Shown: positions 1 through 10,079 of the stretch, piece after piece
Position numbering within the stretch: position 1 is the stretch's first letter
How the letters are laid out: each line of letters opens with the position of its first letter
Origin: Vicinamibacterales bacterium
GTDB lineage: Bacteria > Acidobacteriota > Vicinamibacteria > Vicinamibacterales > UBA8438
DNA length: 64,000 nucleotides
Reading direction: 5' to 3'
Assembly (NCBI GenBank): GCA_965197375.1
Contig: CBDAMZ010000010.1
Span: 844-64,843 of the forward strand
The notes under the pieces: model-generated
Databases searched by the model: none
Told to the model about the DNA's origin: nothing
What the model saw: only the letters and a program-made list of their open reading frames with translations
Position numbers and translations under genes: made by a program

Positions 1-1
1 C

Positions 2-486
2 AAGGTTCGTCACCCGGCGCAGCAGGGCCTCGTTGGGATCTTCGAAGTCTTTATGGACACAATCATCATCTGCTCCATGACGGCGTTCGTAATCCTGACA
101 TCCGGGCTGTGGGCCGACCCCGCGTATCAAGATACAAGTGGAGATCTGACGGCCGCGGCACTCAGCACCTCCATCCCTCTGGCTTCGCTCCTCGTCGCGG
201 TCTGTTCGTTCCTCTTTGGCTTTTCAACATTGATTGGCTGTGCTACTACGGCGAGAAGTGCTTCGAGTTCCTGTTCGGGTCAAAGATGATCGTGCCCTAT
301 CGGGCTATCTTTACCGCCCTGGTCATGGTTGGCGCAGTCGTCTCCGTCCCACTGGTCTGGGCGGTCGGCACACTACTAAACGGCTTCATGGCCTTTCCCA
401 ACCTCATCGGGCTGCTGTTTCTGGTGCGCACGGTCCGGAAGCTCACCAGCGACTATTTCGCGAATGGGGCCAACGCTGTCACATAG
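2..486 (+). CDS. alanine/glycine:cation symporter (AGCS family), 3' part of a gene entering the window; reading frame broken near 238-241
   Basis: One frame reads HPAQQGLVGIFEVFMDTIIICSMTAFVILTSGLW...FGFSTLIG. The family-typical continuation (W)LCYYGEKCFEFLFG...AFPNLIGLLFLVRTV lies in the neighbouring frame (ORF 109..486). One base seems missing in ggctg|tgc. Confidence 0.8.
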   Translation, partial: GSSPGAAGPRWDLRSLYGHNHHLLHDGVRNPDIRAVGRPRVSRYKWRSDGRGTQHLHPSGFAPRRGLFVPLWLFNIDWLCYYGEKCFEFLFGSKMIVPYRAIFTALVMVGAVVSVPLVWAVGTLLNGFMAFPNLIGLLFLVRTVRKLTSDYFANGANAVT

Positions 487-1091
487 GCCCGAACCCGCGA
501 CGCCGGATCGTTGCCTCGCAGCAGATCAGAGATGACAGCCACCGAGCTCGCGCCAGCGCGTAACACCTCGGGCGCCCGGCCGAGCGTGATCCCGCCAATA
601 GCGACCACCGGTCGCGCCGGGCGCAGATCGGACGCCGCCCGGACCAGCCCGAGACCGGCCTCCGAGTAGCCCGTCATCTTGGTTGTCGTGACATAAATGG
701 GCCCAACCGCGACATAGGTAACCGCCAGCGCACGTGATGCGTCGAGCTCAGCGATCGTGTGAGTTGACAGGCCGACGATCGCGCGCGCGCCGAGCTGCCG
801 GCGCGCATCTTCACCGATATATCTTGTTGTCCGACATGGACCCCGGCCGGCCCCGGCGAGCCGGGCCACGTCCGCACGGTCGTTCACGACAACGGTGGCA
901 TCGTAGCGGCGCGCTGCCCCGACGATGCGGTCGCACCAGCGCTGGAACGTACTGCTCGAGACGCCTGCGGCGCGGATCTGCAGCCAGCGGGCACACCCCT
1001 TGAGGTAGGCCTCAGCAAGCTCCGGCACATCCCAGCCGTGACGCGCTGCGGTTGTGGCGTCCACGATGGCGCAGAGCGGCGGGAACAACAT
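453..1091 (-). CDS. thiE: thiamine-phosphate synthase (ThiE), copy 1; open ORF, but about 11 codons (813-845) appear out of frame
   Basis: 212-aa ORF with a ThiE-like layout (VVVNDRADVA...GLSTH...VAVGPIY.T.TK...VAIGGI). The canonical G-VHVGQQD motif is only read in the adjacent frame (ORF 674..877: AGVHVGQQDISV). Confidence 0.85.
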   Translation of the reverse strand: MLFPPLCAIVDATTAARHGWDVPELAEAYLKGCARWLQIRAAGVSSSTFQRWCDRIVGAARRYDATVVVNDRADVARLAGAGRGPCRTTRYIGEDARRQLGARAIVGLSTHTIAELDASRALAVTYVAVGPIYVTTTKMTGYSEAGLGLVRAASDLRPARPVVAIGGITLGRAPEVLRAGASSVAVISDLLRGNDPASRVRAYVTALAPFAK

Positions 1092-1132
1092 GTCAGCGAT
1101 TAGAGGCCAAGGCTACGAGTAGAAATCTCAGC

Positions 1133-2506
1133 CTAGGGACCGTGGCTCGTGTGGAGAAGGCGCGACGCTGGACTTGGTGAAGCGGTCATGAAGGCGGTAT
1201 TCAGGTTGCCATCGAGGAAATCTGGGTCATGCAGAATTCGCACGTGAAGCGGCACGGTGGTTTCGATACCCTCCACGACGGTCATCTCCAGCGTCCGACG
1301 CATGCGGGCGATAGCCTCGTCCCGATCTCGTCCGTGGGTAATGATCTTGGCCACCAGGGAATCGTAGAAGGGAGGGATAACGCATTCGGCGTGTGCCGCG
1401 GTATCCACCCGAACGCCGGGCCCCCCAGGCACGCTGAAGACCCGAATCAGGCCGGAGCTTGGCCTGAACGTATCGGGCGCCTCGGCATTCACTCGACACT
1501 CGACCGCGTGACCAGACCAGCTTACGTCGCGCTGGCTAATGGACAACGGGGCTCCATCGGCAATGCGGATCTGTTCCTTCACGATGTCGATGCCGGTTAC
1601 CATTTCCGTCACTGGATGCTCAACTTGCAGCCGCGCGTTCACCTCTAAGAAGTAGAAGCGCCCGGCATCGTCCATCAGAAACTCGAAAGTCCCCGCGTTA
1701 CGGTAACCAGTTGCTCGTGCCGCCTTGACCACCTGACGGCCGAGGTTTCGTCTGGTACGCTCGGTGAGTGCCACCGAGAGCGACTCCTCGAGTAACTTCT
1801 GATGCCGCCGCTGAATGGAACATTCGCGCTCACCGAGATGAACGACGTGTCCCTCAGCATCGGCCAGCACCTGAAACTCGATATGGCGCGGCGCCACCAA
1901 ATACTTCTCTAGGTATAGACCACCGTCGCCGAACGCTGCTACCGCCTCACGCTGGGCCGTACCCCACGCGGTCTCGAAGGTGTCGGCGTGCTCTACGACT
2001 CGCATGCCGCGACCGCCGCCGCCGGCCCGCGCCTTGACGATCACCGGATAGCCGATCTTGCGCGCCGCCTTTAGTGCCTGCCGAAACGTGGTAAGCGATT
2101 CGTCGACTCCAGGCAGCACCGGTAGACCCGCGCGCCGCATCACATGTCGCGCCGCAGACTTGTCACCCATCAGACGTAAGATGGAAGCCGGTGGCCCAAT
2201 AAACGTCATGCGGCAGGCTTCACACGCCTCGGCCAGATAGGCGCTCTCAGCAAGGAACCCGTAGCCCGGGTGGATCGCTTCGGCGCCGGTGACCTCAGCC
2301 GCCGAAATGATCGCCGGAACGTTCAGATAGCTGTCGATCGCCGGCGCCGGCCCGATACACACATCTTCATCAGCAAACCGGACGTGCAGCGCGTGCGCGT
2401 CCGGCTCGGAGTAAACCGCCACCGTCTTGATACCCAGTTCGCGGCACGCGTAAATGACGCGAAGGGCAATCTCGCCTCGATTGGCAATGAGGATTTTCTT
2501 GAACAT
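1133..2506 (-). CDS. accC: acetyl-CoA carboxylase biotin carboxylase subunit
   Basis: 457 aa. N-terminus MFKKILIANRGEIALRVIYACRELGIKTVAVYSE, ATP-grasp core and EMNxR-like NARLQVEHPVTE. Lies directly downstream of accB. Confidence 0.95.
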   Translation of the reverse strand: MFKKILIANRGEIALRVIYACRELGIKTVAVYSEPDAHALHVRFADEDVCIGPAPAIDSYLNVPAIISAAEVTGAEAIHPGYGFLAESAYLAEACEACRMTFIGPPASILRLMGDKSAARHVMRRAGLPVLPGVDESLTTFRQALKAARKIGYPVIVKARAGGGGRGMRVVEHADTFETAWGTAQREAVAAFGDGGLYLEKYLVAPRHIEFQVLADAEGHVVHLGERECSIQRRHQKLLEESLSVALTERTRRNLGRQVVKAARATGYRNAGTFEFLMDDAGRFYFLEVNARLQVEHPVTEMVTGIDIVKEQIRIADGAPLSISQRDVSWSGHAVECRVNAEAPDTFRPSSGLIRVFSVPGGPGVRVDTAAHAECVIPPFYDSLVAKIITHGRDRDEAIARMRRTLEMTVVEGIETTVPLHVRILHDPDFLDGNLNTAFMTASPSPASRLLHTSHGP

Positions 2507-2523
2507 GGGAACAGCCGGCCGTG

Positions 2524-2976
2524 TCAGACAGTCTTGATGGCAAAAAGCGTGTCGCCATACTGAACCGGCTGGCCGCTGTCGACAAAAATTCGAGTGATCT
2601 CGCCGTCACACTCCGCATCGATCTCGTTCATCAGCTTCATTGCCTCGATGAGGCAAAGCACCTGTCCCTTGCGAACCCCGCTGCCAAGCTCGACGAACGG
2701 CTCCGCACCAGGCACTGGGGCACGGTAGAACGTCCCCACGACCGGCGACTTCACAAAGAGCACGCCCGGCTCGGTAGCTCCCTCGTGATCAGAGCCGCCC
2801 GACTCGGTAACAGCTGGCCCGGACTCTTGGGGAGGACTTGGAGCTAACGCAGCGCCCCTCCCAGCCACGTGCTTCCTAAGACGCACTCGCATCCCGTCGC
2901 GCTCGAGCTCGAACTCCTCGAGCCCGTGCGCTTGCATCAACTCCAACATCCGTTCAATATCGTCGAATTCAATCAT
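2524..2976 (-). CDS. accB: acetyl-CoA carboxylase biotin carboxyl carrier protein
   Basis: 150 aa. Pro/Ala/Gly linker followed by the biotinyl-lysine motif LCLIEAMKLMNEI. Confidence 0.93.
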   Translation of the reverse strand: MIEFDDIERMLELMQAHGLEEFELERDGMRVRLRKHVAGRGAALAPSPPQESGPAVTESGGSDHEGATEPGVLFVKSPVVGTFYRAPVPGAEPFVELGSGVRKGQVLCLIEAMKLMNEIDAECDGEITRIFVDSGQPVQYGDTLFAIKTV

Positions 2977-3000
2977 CGATCACCCATGTACCGGTGCGTG

Positions 3001-4143
3001 CTACCGGACGACAAGAGTGCGAGGGGCGTCCGTGAGAATCTCACTCCCGTCGTTAGTCACTAGGACGTCATCTTCGATGCGGACCCCGCCGAGCCCAGGC
3101 ACATAGGCAGCTGGCTCCACGGTAAAGACCATACCGGCCATCAAAGTCGGATCGCGAAGGTCTTTGTCAGCAGCATCGTCAGCCGCTTGGCGATGGCGAC
3201 CGAGACGCGGAAGCTCGTGCACTTCTATGCCAAGGCCATGTCCCGTGCCATGCCCAAACGCCTCAGCCAACCCATGCTCCTCCAACACCCGGCGTGCCGC
3301 GTGGTCCACGCTGCTAGCCACCACCCCTGGACCAACAACGGCCAGCGCGGCCGTCTGCGCCTCGAGCACCGCCTGATGCACCCGCCTTGGCTCCGGGGCC
3401 GCCCGGCCAACGCACACCGTGCGGGTCAGATCTACGCAGTATCCGTCGTGTACACCCCCGAAGTCCAGCACCACCAGGTCACCCGCAGCCAGCCGCCGGG
3501 TGCTTGGGTGAGCGTGTGGGAGGGCACTGTTGGGTCCTGAGGCCACAATGGTGTCGAAGGCCGGACGCTCAAAACCGCATCGGTGCAATATCAGGTCGAC
3601 ATCGGTCGCGATCTCGCGCTCCGAGCGCCCGGCCTGTACTAATTCGAGGACCGCGGAAACAGCCCGCGCCAGCAGCGCCGCCGCCGTCCGAAGTGTGTCA
3701 ACCTCGTACGGGTCCTTGAGCATTCTTGCCCGCTCAACCAGGTTCTCCGTCGGAACCAACTCGGCCTCAACGGTACGCACGAGCCACTGCCAGCGACGGA
3801 CACTAACATGCTCAGCCTCCACGCCTATCCGCTTCCCGCCTACCCGGCCGAGCACGTTGCGCAGCGTCTCGTCGGATGATTCCTCGACCAGCACCGCTTC
3901 CACACCGCGTGGAGCCGCGTCCGATCCGAGGACTAACTCAACCGCCGTGATGTACCGAAAGTCGGCGATCAGAATAGCGCCTTCGGCGGTCACAACCACC
4001 ATCCCCGCACTGGCACGTACGTTGGTCAAGTAGAAAAGGTTCGGCAGGTGCGTGACAACCAGAGCATCGAGGTCCAGTTGAGTAATGGCGTGACGCAGGC
4101 GGTCCAACCGAAGCTCGAGGAGTTCGCCTGGTGCAATCCCCAT
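3001..4143 (-). CDS. M24-family Xaa-Pro aminopeptidase/dipeptidase
   Basis: Creatinase-like N domain plus pita-bread metal ligands (VLDFGGVHDGYCVDLTRT, GHGTGHGLGIEVHE, FTVEPAAY, VRIEDDVLV). Start chosen at the ATG with an AGAGGA Shine-Dalgarno-like sequence; the longest ORF reaches 4242. Confidence 0.85.
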   Translation of the reverse strand: MGIAPGELLELRLDRLRHAITQLDLDALVVTHLPNLFYLTNVRASAGMVVVTAEGAILIADFRYITAVELVLGSDAAPRGVEAVLVEESSDETLRNVLGRVGGKRIGVEAEHVSVRRWQWLVRTVEAELVPTENLVERARMLKDPYEVDTLRTAAALLARAVSAVLELVQAGRSEREIATDVDLILHRCGFERPAFDTIVASGPNSALPHAHPSTRRLAAGDLVVLDFGGVHDGYCVDLTRTVCVGRAAPEPRRVHQAVLEAQTAALAVVGPGVVASSVDHAARRVLEEHGLAEAFGHGTGHGLGIEVHELPRLGRHRQAADDAADKDLRDPTLMAGMVFTVEPAAYVPGLGGVRIEDDVLVTNDGSEILTDAPRTLVVR

Positions 4144-4153
4144 CCCGTGTCCT

Positions 4154-4495
4154 CTAGCGCCGGCCATCTTGGCGGCTGGCGTTGAGAGCAGCGAGGATAA
4201 CATCCAAAAACCGCTCAAGGCCTTCGACCACCCGATGGTCATCGCCTAAAGGGCCTTCGCGGGCGGCCAGCGAGATGGACAGCGCCGCGTCACACCCGGT
4301 GGCCTCAGCCTGCGACACGGTCGTCATAGGTTCAGCGGCATCCTGGCGGAGAACCGTTGGCACGTCTGGGCGGACCTCGTTCTCGGACATCACTCCTTCG
4401 TCGGTGTCACTGTCTTCATTGTTGTCTGTTGCCATCAAGGTGGTTGTGGAAATCACCATGCCAGTGCCAGCGCTACAGTCCATCGTATCGGCCAC
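4154..4495 (-). CDS. hypothetical protein (acidic N-terminus), possibly first gene of the pepP-accBC string
   Basis: 113-aa ORF whose stop lies 10 nt upstream of the peptidase start. I recognise no family. Confidence 0.35.
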   Translation of the reverse strand: MADTMDCSAGTGMVISTTTLMATDNNEDSDTDEGVMSENEVRPDVPTVLRQDAAEPMTTVSQAEATGCDAALSISLAAREGPLGDDHRVVEGLERFLDVILAALNASRQDGRR

Positions 4496-4575
4496 AGACC
4501 ACGCGGCGAGTAGTTATGGTGACGCGACGTGACTCACACGTCGGTCAGCAGAAGGCAGCCGCACGAGTCCGTTTC

Positions 4576-4605
4576 TTGACACCCCTAGCTGATGCTCTGT
4601 AGGAT
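4576..4605 (+). promoter_or_regulatory. sigma70-like promoter candidate for rplM-rpsI
   Basis: TTGACA (4576-4581), 18-nt spacer, TAGGAT (4600-4605), about 45 nt upstream of rplM. Confidence 0.45.
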
Positions 4606-4650
4606 CCTTGGTTGCGGCTGTTGACGAAAAAGTAAACCGAGCGCCTTTTT

Positions 4651-5091
4651 GTGACTACGGGGGGGACATGCGTACCGTCGGGACGCGAACTGGTGAGGGC
4701 GTGGCACGTTATCGACGCCGACGCGCAGGTCCTCGGTCGCATAGCCACGGTTGCAGCGCGCTTGCTGCAGGGCAAGCATCGTCCAACCTATACGCCGTTT
4801 CTCGACACGGGGGATCACGTTATCATCGTGAACGCGGAGCGGGTGCGGCTGACGGGGCGAAAGGAACACCAGAAGCTGTACCGGCGGCATAGTGGGTACC
4901 AGGGCGGCTTGCGTGAGGAACGCGCTAGCACGGTCCGGCAACGCCAGCCCGGGCGCTTGGTCGAACGGGCCGTTCGCGGCATGCTCCCGAAAACTAAGCT
5001 CGGCAACGCGATGTCTCGCAAGTTGAAAGTGTACGCCGGCCCGGATCACCCACACGCGGCGCAGAAGCCAGTGAAATACGAGGCGCTCTGA
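4651..5091 (+). CDS. rplM: 50S ribosomal protein L13
   Basis: [46 protein letters not shown]...[11 protein letters not shown]. Start uncertain: GTG at 4651, or ATG at 4668 in the neighbouring frame. Confidence 0.93.
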   Translation: MTTGGTCVPSGRELVRAWHVIDADAQVLGRIATVAARLLQGKHRPTYTPFLDTGDHVIIVNAERVRLTGRKEHQKLYRRHSGYQGGLREERASTVRQRQPGRLVERAVRGMLPKTKLGNAMSRKLKVYAGPDHPHAAQKPVKYEAL

Positions 5092-5092
5092 G

Positions 5093-5482
5093 TTGGCGGT
5101 CGAGCACCACGCAACGGGGCGGCGCAAGACAGCGGCGGCCCGCGTTTTTTTGCGGCCTGGAACCGGCGCGATCACGGTCAACCGAGTCTCTCTCGAGGCC
5201 TGTTTTCCTATAAAAGCACTCCGCACCCAAATCAGGGAACCACTCCAGCTGACCGACGCCCTCGAAAAGTTCGATATTCTCGCGACGACCTCAGGTGGCG
5301 GCATCGCTGGGCAGGCAGGGGCGATCCGTCTGGGAATCGCGCGTGCATTAGTGCAGTCGGATCCGCAGCTCCGGCCTCTTCTCAAGAAGGCCGGAATGCT
5401 CACGCGAGACCCGCGGGTCAAGGAACGAAAGAAATACGGTCTAGCGGGCGCCAGGAAGCGTTTCCAGTTCAGTAAACGCTAG
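5093..5482 (+). CDS. rpsI: 30S ribosomal protein S9
   Basis: 129 aa ending ...[25 protein letters not shown]. Confidence 0.95.
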   Translation: MAVEHHATGRRKTAAARVFLRPGTGAITVNRVSLEACFPIKALRTQIREPLQLTDALEKFDILATTSGGGIAGQAGAIRLGIARALVQSDPQLRPLLKKAGMLTRDPRVKERKKYGLAGARKRFQFSKR

Positions 5483-5511
5483 CGTCTATGGGCATGGAGG
5501 GGGGGGGTAGC

Positions 5512-6304
5512 TTGGCGCCGTTGACAATGAGGCAGCTCCTCGAGGCCGGGGTCCACTTTGGCCACCAAACAAGACGCTGGAACCCGAAGATGAAGAAGTA
5601 CGTCTTCGAAGAGCGCAACGGAATCTACATTATCGACCTGGGTAAGACGGCCAAAATGTTCAGCAGGGCGGAAGAGTTCGTTACCCGCCTGGCCTCAGAG
5701 AACCGCACGATTCTATTCGTGGGCACCAAGCGCCAGGCTCAAGACCTCGTTCTCGACGAGGCCAAGCGTTGTGGCATGTTCTTCGTGAACCACCGGTGGC
5801 TCGGTGGGCTACTGACAAATTTCTCGACTATCCAGCGAAGCATTGGGCGACTCCGCGAGCTCGAGGCAATGGCTGAGGACGGACGATACGAGGATCTCTC
5901 AAAGAAGGAAATCGCCCGGATCGAGAAGGAGAAGCGAAAGCTCCATAAAAACTTGGATGGCATAAGGCAGATGACGCGGCCTGCCAGACGCGGTATTCGT
6001 CGTCGACACGCGGAAGGAAAAAATCGCAGTTGACGAAGCCCGAAAGCTCAAGATCCCCATCATCGGCATCGTCGACACGAACTGCAATCCCGACGATGTC
6101 GATTACATCATCCCGGGCAACGATGACGCCATTCGTTCGATTAAGCTGTTTGTGACGCGGATCTCCGACGCCGTGATTGCCGGTCGAGCCACCGCAGACG
6201 AGGGCGCGGACGGCGGCGGTGCCGGGGTGGGCACCGACCAGCCACAGCGGCCGGCGCAACCAGCCACGACGCAGGCAGCGCCTGCTGCCCCGGCCTCGGT
6301 CTGA
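5512..6304 (+). CDS. rpsB: 30S ribosomal protein S2; frame broken by an apparent extra base at 5980
   Basis: First part reads ...[23 protein letters not shown]...[14 protein letters not shown]...LDGIRQMTR. The conserved continuation [54 protein letters not shown]... is in the +1 frame, with its stop at 6302-6304. A GGAGG-rich Shine-Dalgarno sequence precedes TTG 5512. Confidence 0.9.
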
Positions 6305-6353
6305 GGCCCTCTCGTACCGTTACCGCTCGGCCTCTCCACCGGGGATTTACAAC

Positions 6354-6957
6354 ATGGCAATCAGCGCAATACAGGTCAAGGAGCTACGTGACATGACAGG
6401 CGTCGGCTTCATGGAGTGCAAGGCTGCGCTCACCGAAGTAAACGGCGACCTTGACCGGGCCGTGACCGTTCTACGTACGCGCGGCCAGGCCAAGGCAACT
6501 AAACGAGCCGGTCGGTCCACGACGCAAGGTCTCATTGGACACTACCTCCATCAGGGCGGGCAGGTCGGTGTGCTTGTTGAGGTTAACTGCGAATCCGACT
6601 TCGTGGCGCGCACCGAAGATTTTAAGACCCTGGTCAAGGAGATCGCGATGCACATCACGGCGGCCAATCCGATTTGCGTTCGGCGCGAAGAGGTTCCCAC
6701 GACTGAGCTTGAACAAGAGAAACAGATCTACCGTGCTCAGTTCGCTGACACGAACAAACCCCCGCAAGTCATCGACAAAATCGTTGAAGGTAAATTGAAC
6801 AGCTACTATGAGCAAGTGGCCCTACTCGACCAGCCCTCGGTTTCGCGACCCGAAGATGACAATTGGCGCGATGGTTAACGCCTCGATCGCCAAGCTAGGC
6901 GAGAACATCACGGTCGCGCGATTTGCCCGTTTTAAGATCGGCGAGACCGCCGAATAA
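6354..6957 (+). CDS. tsf: translation elongation factor Ts; frame broken near 6837-6840
   Basis: MAISAIQVKELRDMTGVGFMECKAAL...VEVNCESDFVART...LLDQP, then the conserved C-terminus FRDPKMTIGAMVNASIAKLGENITVARFARFKIGE continues in the next frame to the stop at 6955-6957. Confidence 0.9.
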
Positions 6958-6990
6958 TACGGCAAGGCATGTCCGGCAGCTGATCTATAA

Positions 6991-7720
<730 letters not shown>

Positions 7721-7770
7721 TGATGCCCACGGCCCTGCACGAGGTCTCTAAGAACCACTAAGCTGACACC

Positions 7771-8340
7771 ATGGACATCACGGACCCGAAGTCAGCCTAC
7801 GCGGAAGCCCGCAAGCAAATGGATGGATCCGTCGAGCGCGTGCGCCACGAGCTCGCCGGTGTCCGTACGGGCCGCGCATCGATCGCTATCCTCGATTCCG
7901 TGCATGTAGAGGCTTATGGTACGGAGCTTCCTCTCAACCAAGTCGCTAGCCTGTCGGTACCGGAATCTTCATTGATCGTTGCCAGCCCGTTCGACCCGTC
8001 ACAAGCCGGCCCCATCGAGAAGGCGATTCGTATCGCGAACCTGGGTCTGAATCCAAGCAACGATGGGAAGGTTATCCGGATCCCGATTCCGCCGCTGACC
8101 GACGAACGGCGAAAAGAGCTTTCGCGGCTGGTTCACAAGTTGGCCGAGGATGGCCGGAACAGTGTGCGACAGGTGCGGCGTAATGCGAACGACATGCTTA
8201 AGAAGCTGCTCAAGAACCACAAGCTGGCAGAGGACGACCAGCGGCTGGCGCTGGACCAAATCCAGAAGATCACGGACGAGCACATTCAGAAACTCGACGA
8301 CCTCCAGAAGGTGAAAGACGGCGAGCTGCTACAACGCTAG
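7771..8340 (+). CDS. frr: ribosome recycling factor
   Basis: 189 aa with ...LAGVRTGRASIAILDSVHVEAYG...IRIPIPPLTDERRKEL.... Conserved position after pyrH. Confidence 0.95.
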   Translation: MDITDPKSAYAEARKQMDGSVERVRHELAGVRTGRASIAILDSVHVEAYGTELPLNQVASLSVPESSLIVASPFDPSQAGPIEKAIRIANLGLNPSNDGKVIRIPIPPLTDERRKELSRLVHKLAEDGRNSVRQVRRNANDMLKKLLKNHKLAEDDQRLALDQIQKITDEHIQKLDDLQKVKDGELLQR

Positions 8341-8538
8341 TCCCGGTCATCACGTTGAGTGACGGGTCTTGCGCATTAAATGCCTCTCATTCGCTAGGTG
8401 CTGTTCGTATCGACGATGTCGGATCACGTAACGAACGGGATTCATGTGCCGTCGAAGGCGGTGCGCCCCGATGGCACGGCACAACGACAGACCGGCGTGC
8501 AGTTGAGCCGCTTTTACTTCCGCTAAGGCGGTTCACCT

Positions 8539-9718
8539 GTGTCCGCTCTCTCCCACCTCGAGTGCGCAAAACCCTGTGGCGCCGGCCCGTTCGATCCCAC
8601 CCAGCCACACCACCTGTGCGTGTGCGGTGCGCCACTTCTCGCTCGATACGACCTGGGCAAACTTTCGAATACCTGGACGCGCGAAGTGCTCGCGACTCGC
8701 CCACCAACGCTGTGGCGCTATCGTGAGGTGCTGCCGGTCTGGGACGATGAAGACCCAGTGAGCCTGGGTGAAGGCTTCACGCCCCTGGTACGGGCACCAC
8801 AGCTCGAGCGCGCACTGGGACTCGAAACGCTCTATATCAAGGACGAGTCATCCAATCCGACAAACTCTTTCAAGGCACGCGGGCTATCAGTGGCGGTGAC
8901 CTGCGCCAGTCGCCTGGGCGCTCAGACGCTCTCGCTCCCCTCGGCCGGGAATGCGGGCAATGCGCTGGCAGCGTACGCAGCCCGTGCCGGCCTCGCCGCC
9001 AAGGTCTTCATGCCACGAGACGTCAAACGGCCTTTCATCCGCGAGTGTGAGCTCTACGGTGCCGAGGTGACGCTCGTCGATGGCCTGATTACCGACGCCG
9101 GACAACTCGCCGCTGAGGTAGGTGTCTCCCGCAACTGGTACGACGTCTCGACGCTAAAAGAACCCTACCGCCTGGAGGGGAAGAAAACTGTGGCCTACGA
9201 GGTCGCCGAGCAGCTCGGGTGGCGGTGGCCGGATTGGATGATCTACCCCGACCGGGGGAGGAACCGGCATCGTCGGCATGTGGAAAGCCTGCGCCGAACT
9301 CGAACAACTGGGATGGATGGATCCGTCGCAGCGCCGCCCACGGATGGTCACGGTGCAGGCAGACGGCTGTGCACCGATCGTGCGAGCCTTCGAATCAGGC
9401 GCCGAGCGTGCGGCCCTATGGTCCGACGCTGCAACGGTGGCCGATGGTTTACGCGTCCCGTCCACCGTCGGCGATTTTCTTGTCCTGCGCGCCTTACGAG
9501 AAAGTGGGGGCACGGCGCTGGCCGTAAGCGACGAAGAAATGATCAAGGCAATGCGGGAGATCGGGCGTGCGGAAGGAATTAGCGCAGCACCCGAAGGCGC
9601 CGCGACGGTGTGCGCGCTGCGCCGCTTGGTCGAGCGAGGGATCGTTCAGCCCTCGGAAAGCGTTGTGCTGTTCAACACTGCCGGCGCATTAAAGTACCAG
9701 GATCTTCTCACGGAATAG
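8539..9718 (+). CDS. threonine synthase-like PLP enzyme (paralog 1, N-terminal Cys-rich ribbon); frame broken by an apparent extra base at 9250
   Basis: [11 protein letters not shown] (PLP lysine motif) and [14 protein letters not shown]. ...WPDWMIYP then [17 protein letters not shown]... continues in ORF 9278..9718. Confidence 0.85.
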
Positions 9719-9916
9719 TGGCTAGTCCCCGACGAAAATCCCAACGCAGACGACATACCGACCTCTGGGCTAAGTGGCCAATCGCCGCCTCGTTCGGCTG
9801 TGCTTGCTGGGTCTAGTTGGATCGACCGACAGTCAGGCACGCTGACCGGGCTAGTATAGAATGGTCCGCCTGCGTCGCGTGAATAATCGATGTAGAAGAC
9901 GGGCCCACCCCCTTAT

Positions 9917-9992
9917 GGGCCGCTAGCTCAGTTGGGAGAGCGCCGCGTTCGCAACGCGGAGGTCGTGGGTTCGAATCCCATGCGGTCCACCA
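9917..9992 (+). tRNA. tRNA-Ala (anticodon CGC), CCA encoded
   Basis: 76-nt cloverleaf folded by hand. Acceptor GGGCCGC/GCGGTCC with the G3:U70 Ala identity pair. Anticodon stem CCGCG/CGCGG with loop TTCGCAA. T-arm GTGGG-TTCGAAT-CCCAT. Discriminator A followed by CCA. Confidence 0.95.
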
Positions 9993-10079
9993 GATACATT
10001 CCCCCACAGTCATCACCGCACTCTCGGATTCGCTTCCCTACGGTATAAACTCTTTATTAGTCAACGTTAGAAGACCGAC

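Noticed and set aside
4585-5421. 278-aa ORF antisense to rplM/rpsI
   Set aside because: It lies entirely opposite two unambiguous ribosomal protein genes. It is Arg/Pro/Ala-rich, as expected for shadow ORFs in high-GC DNA, and has no recognisable motifs.
8355-8726. 123-aa plus-strand and 106-aa minus-strand ORFs between frr and the thrC-like gene
   Set aside because: They overlap the well-supported start of the thrC-like gene and are Arg-rich and low-complexity. They are likely non-coding leader.
9719-10079. Genomic island or integrase at the tRNA-Ala gene
   Set aside because: There is no integrase, no direct repeat of the tRNA 3' end, and no compositional break. The flanks are two metabolic genes.
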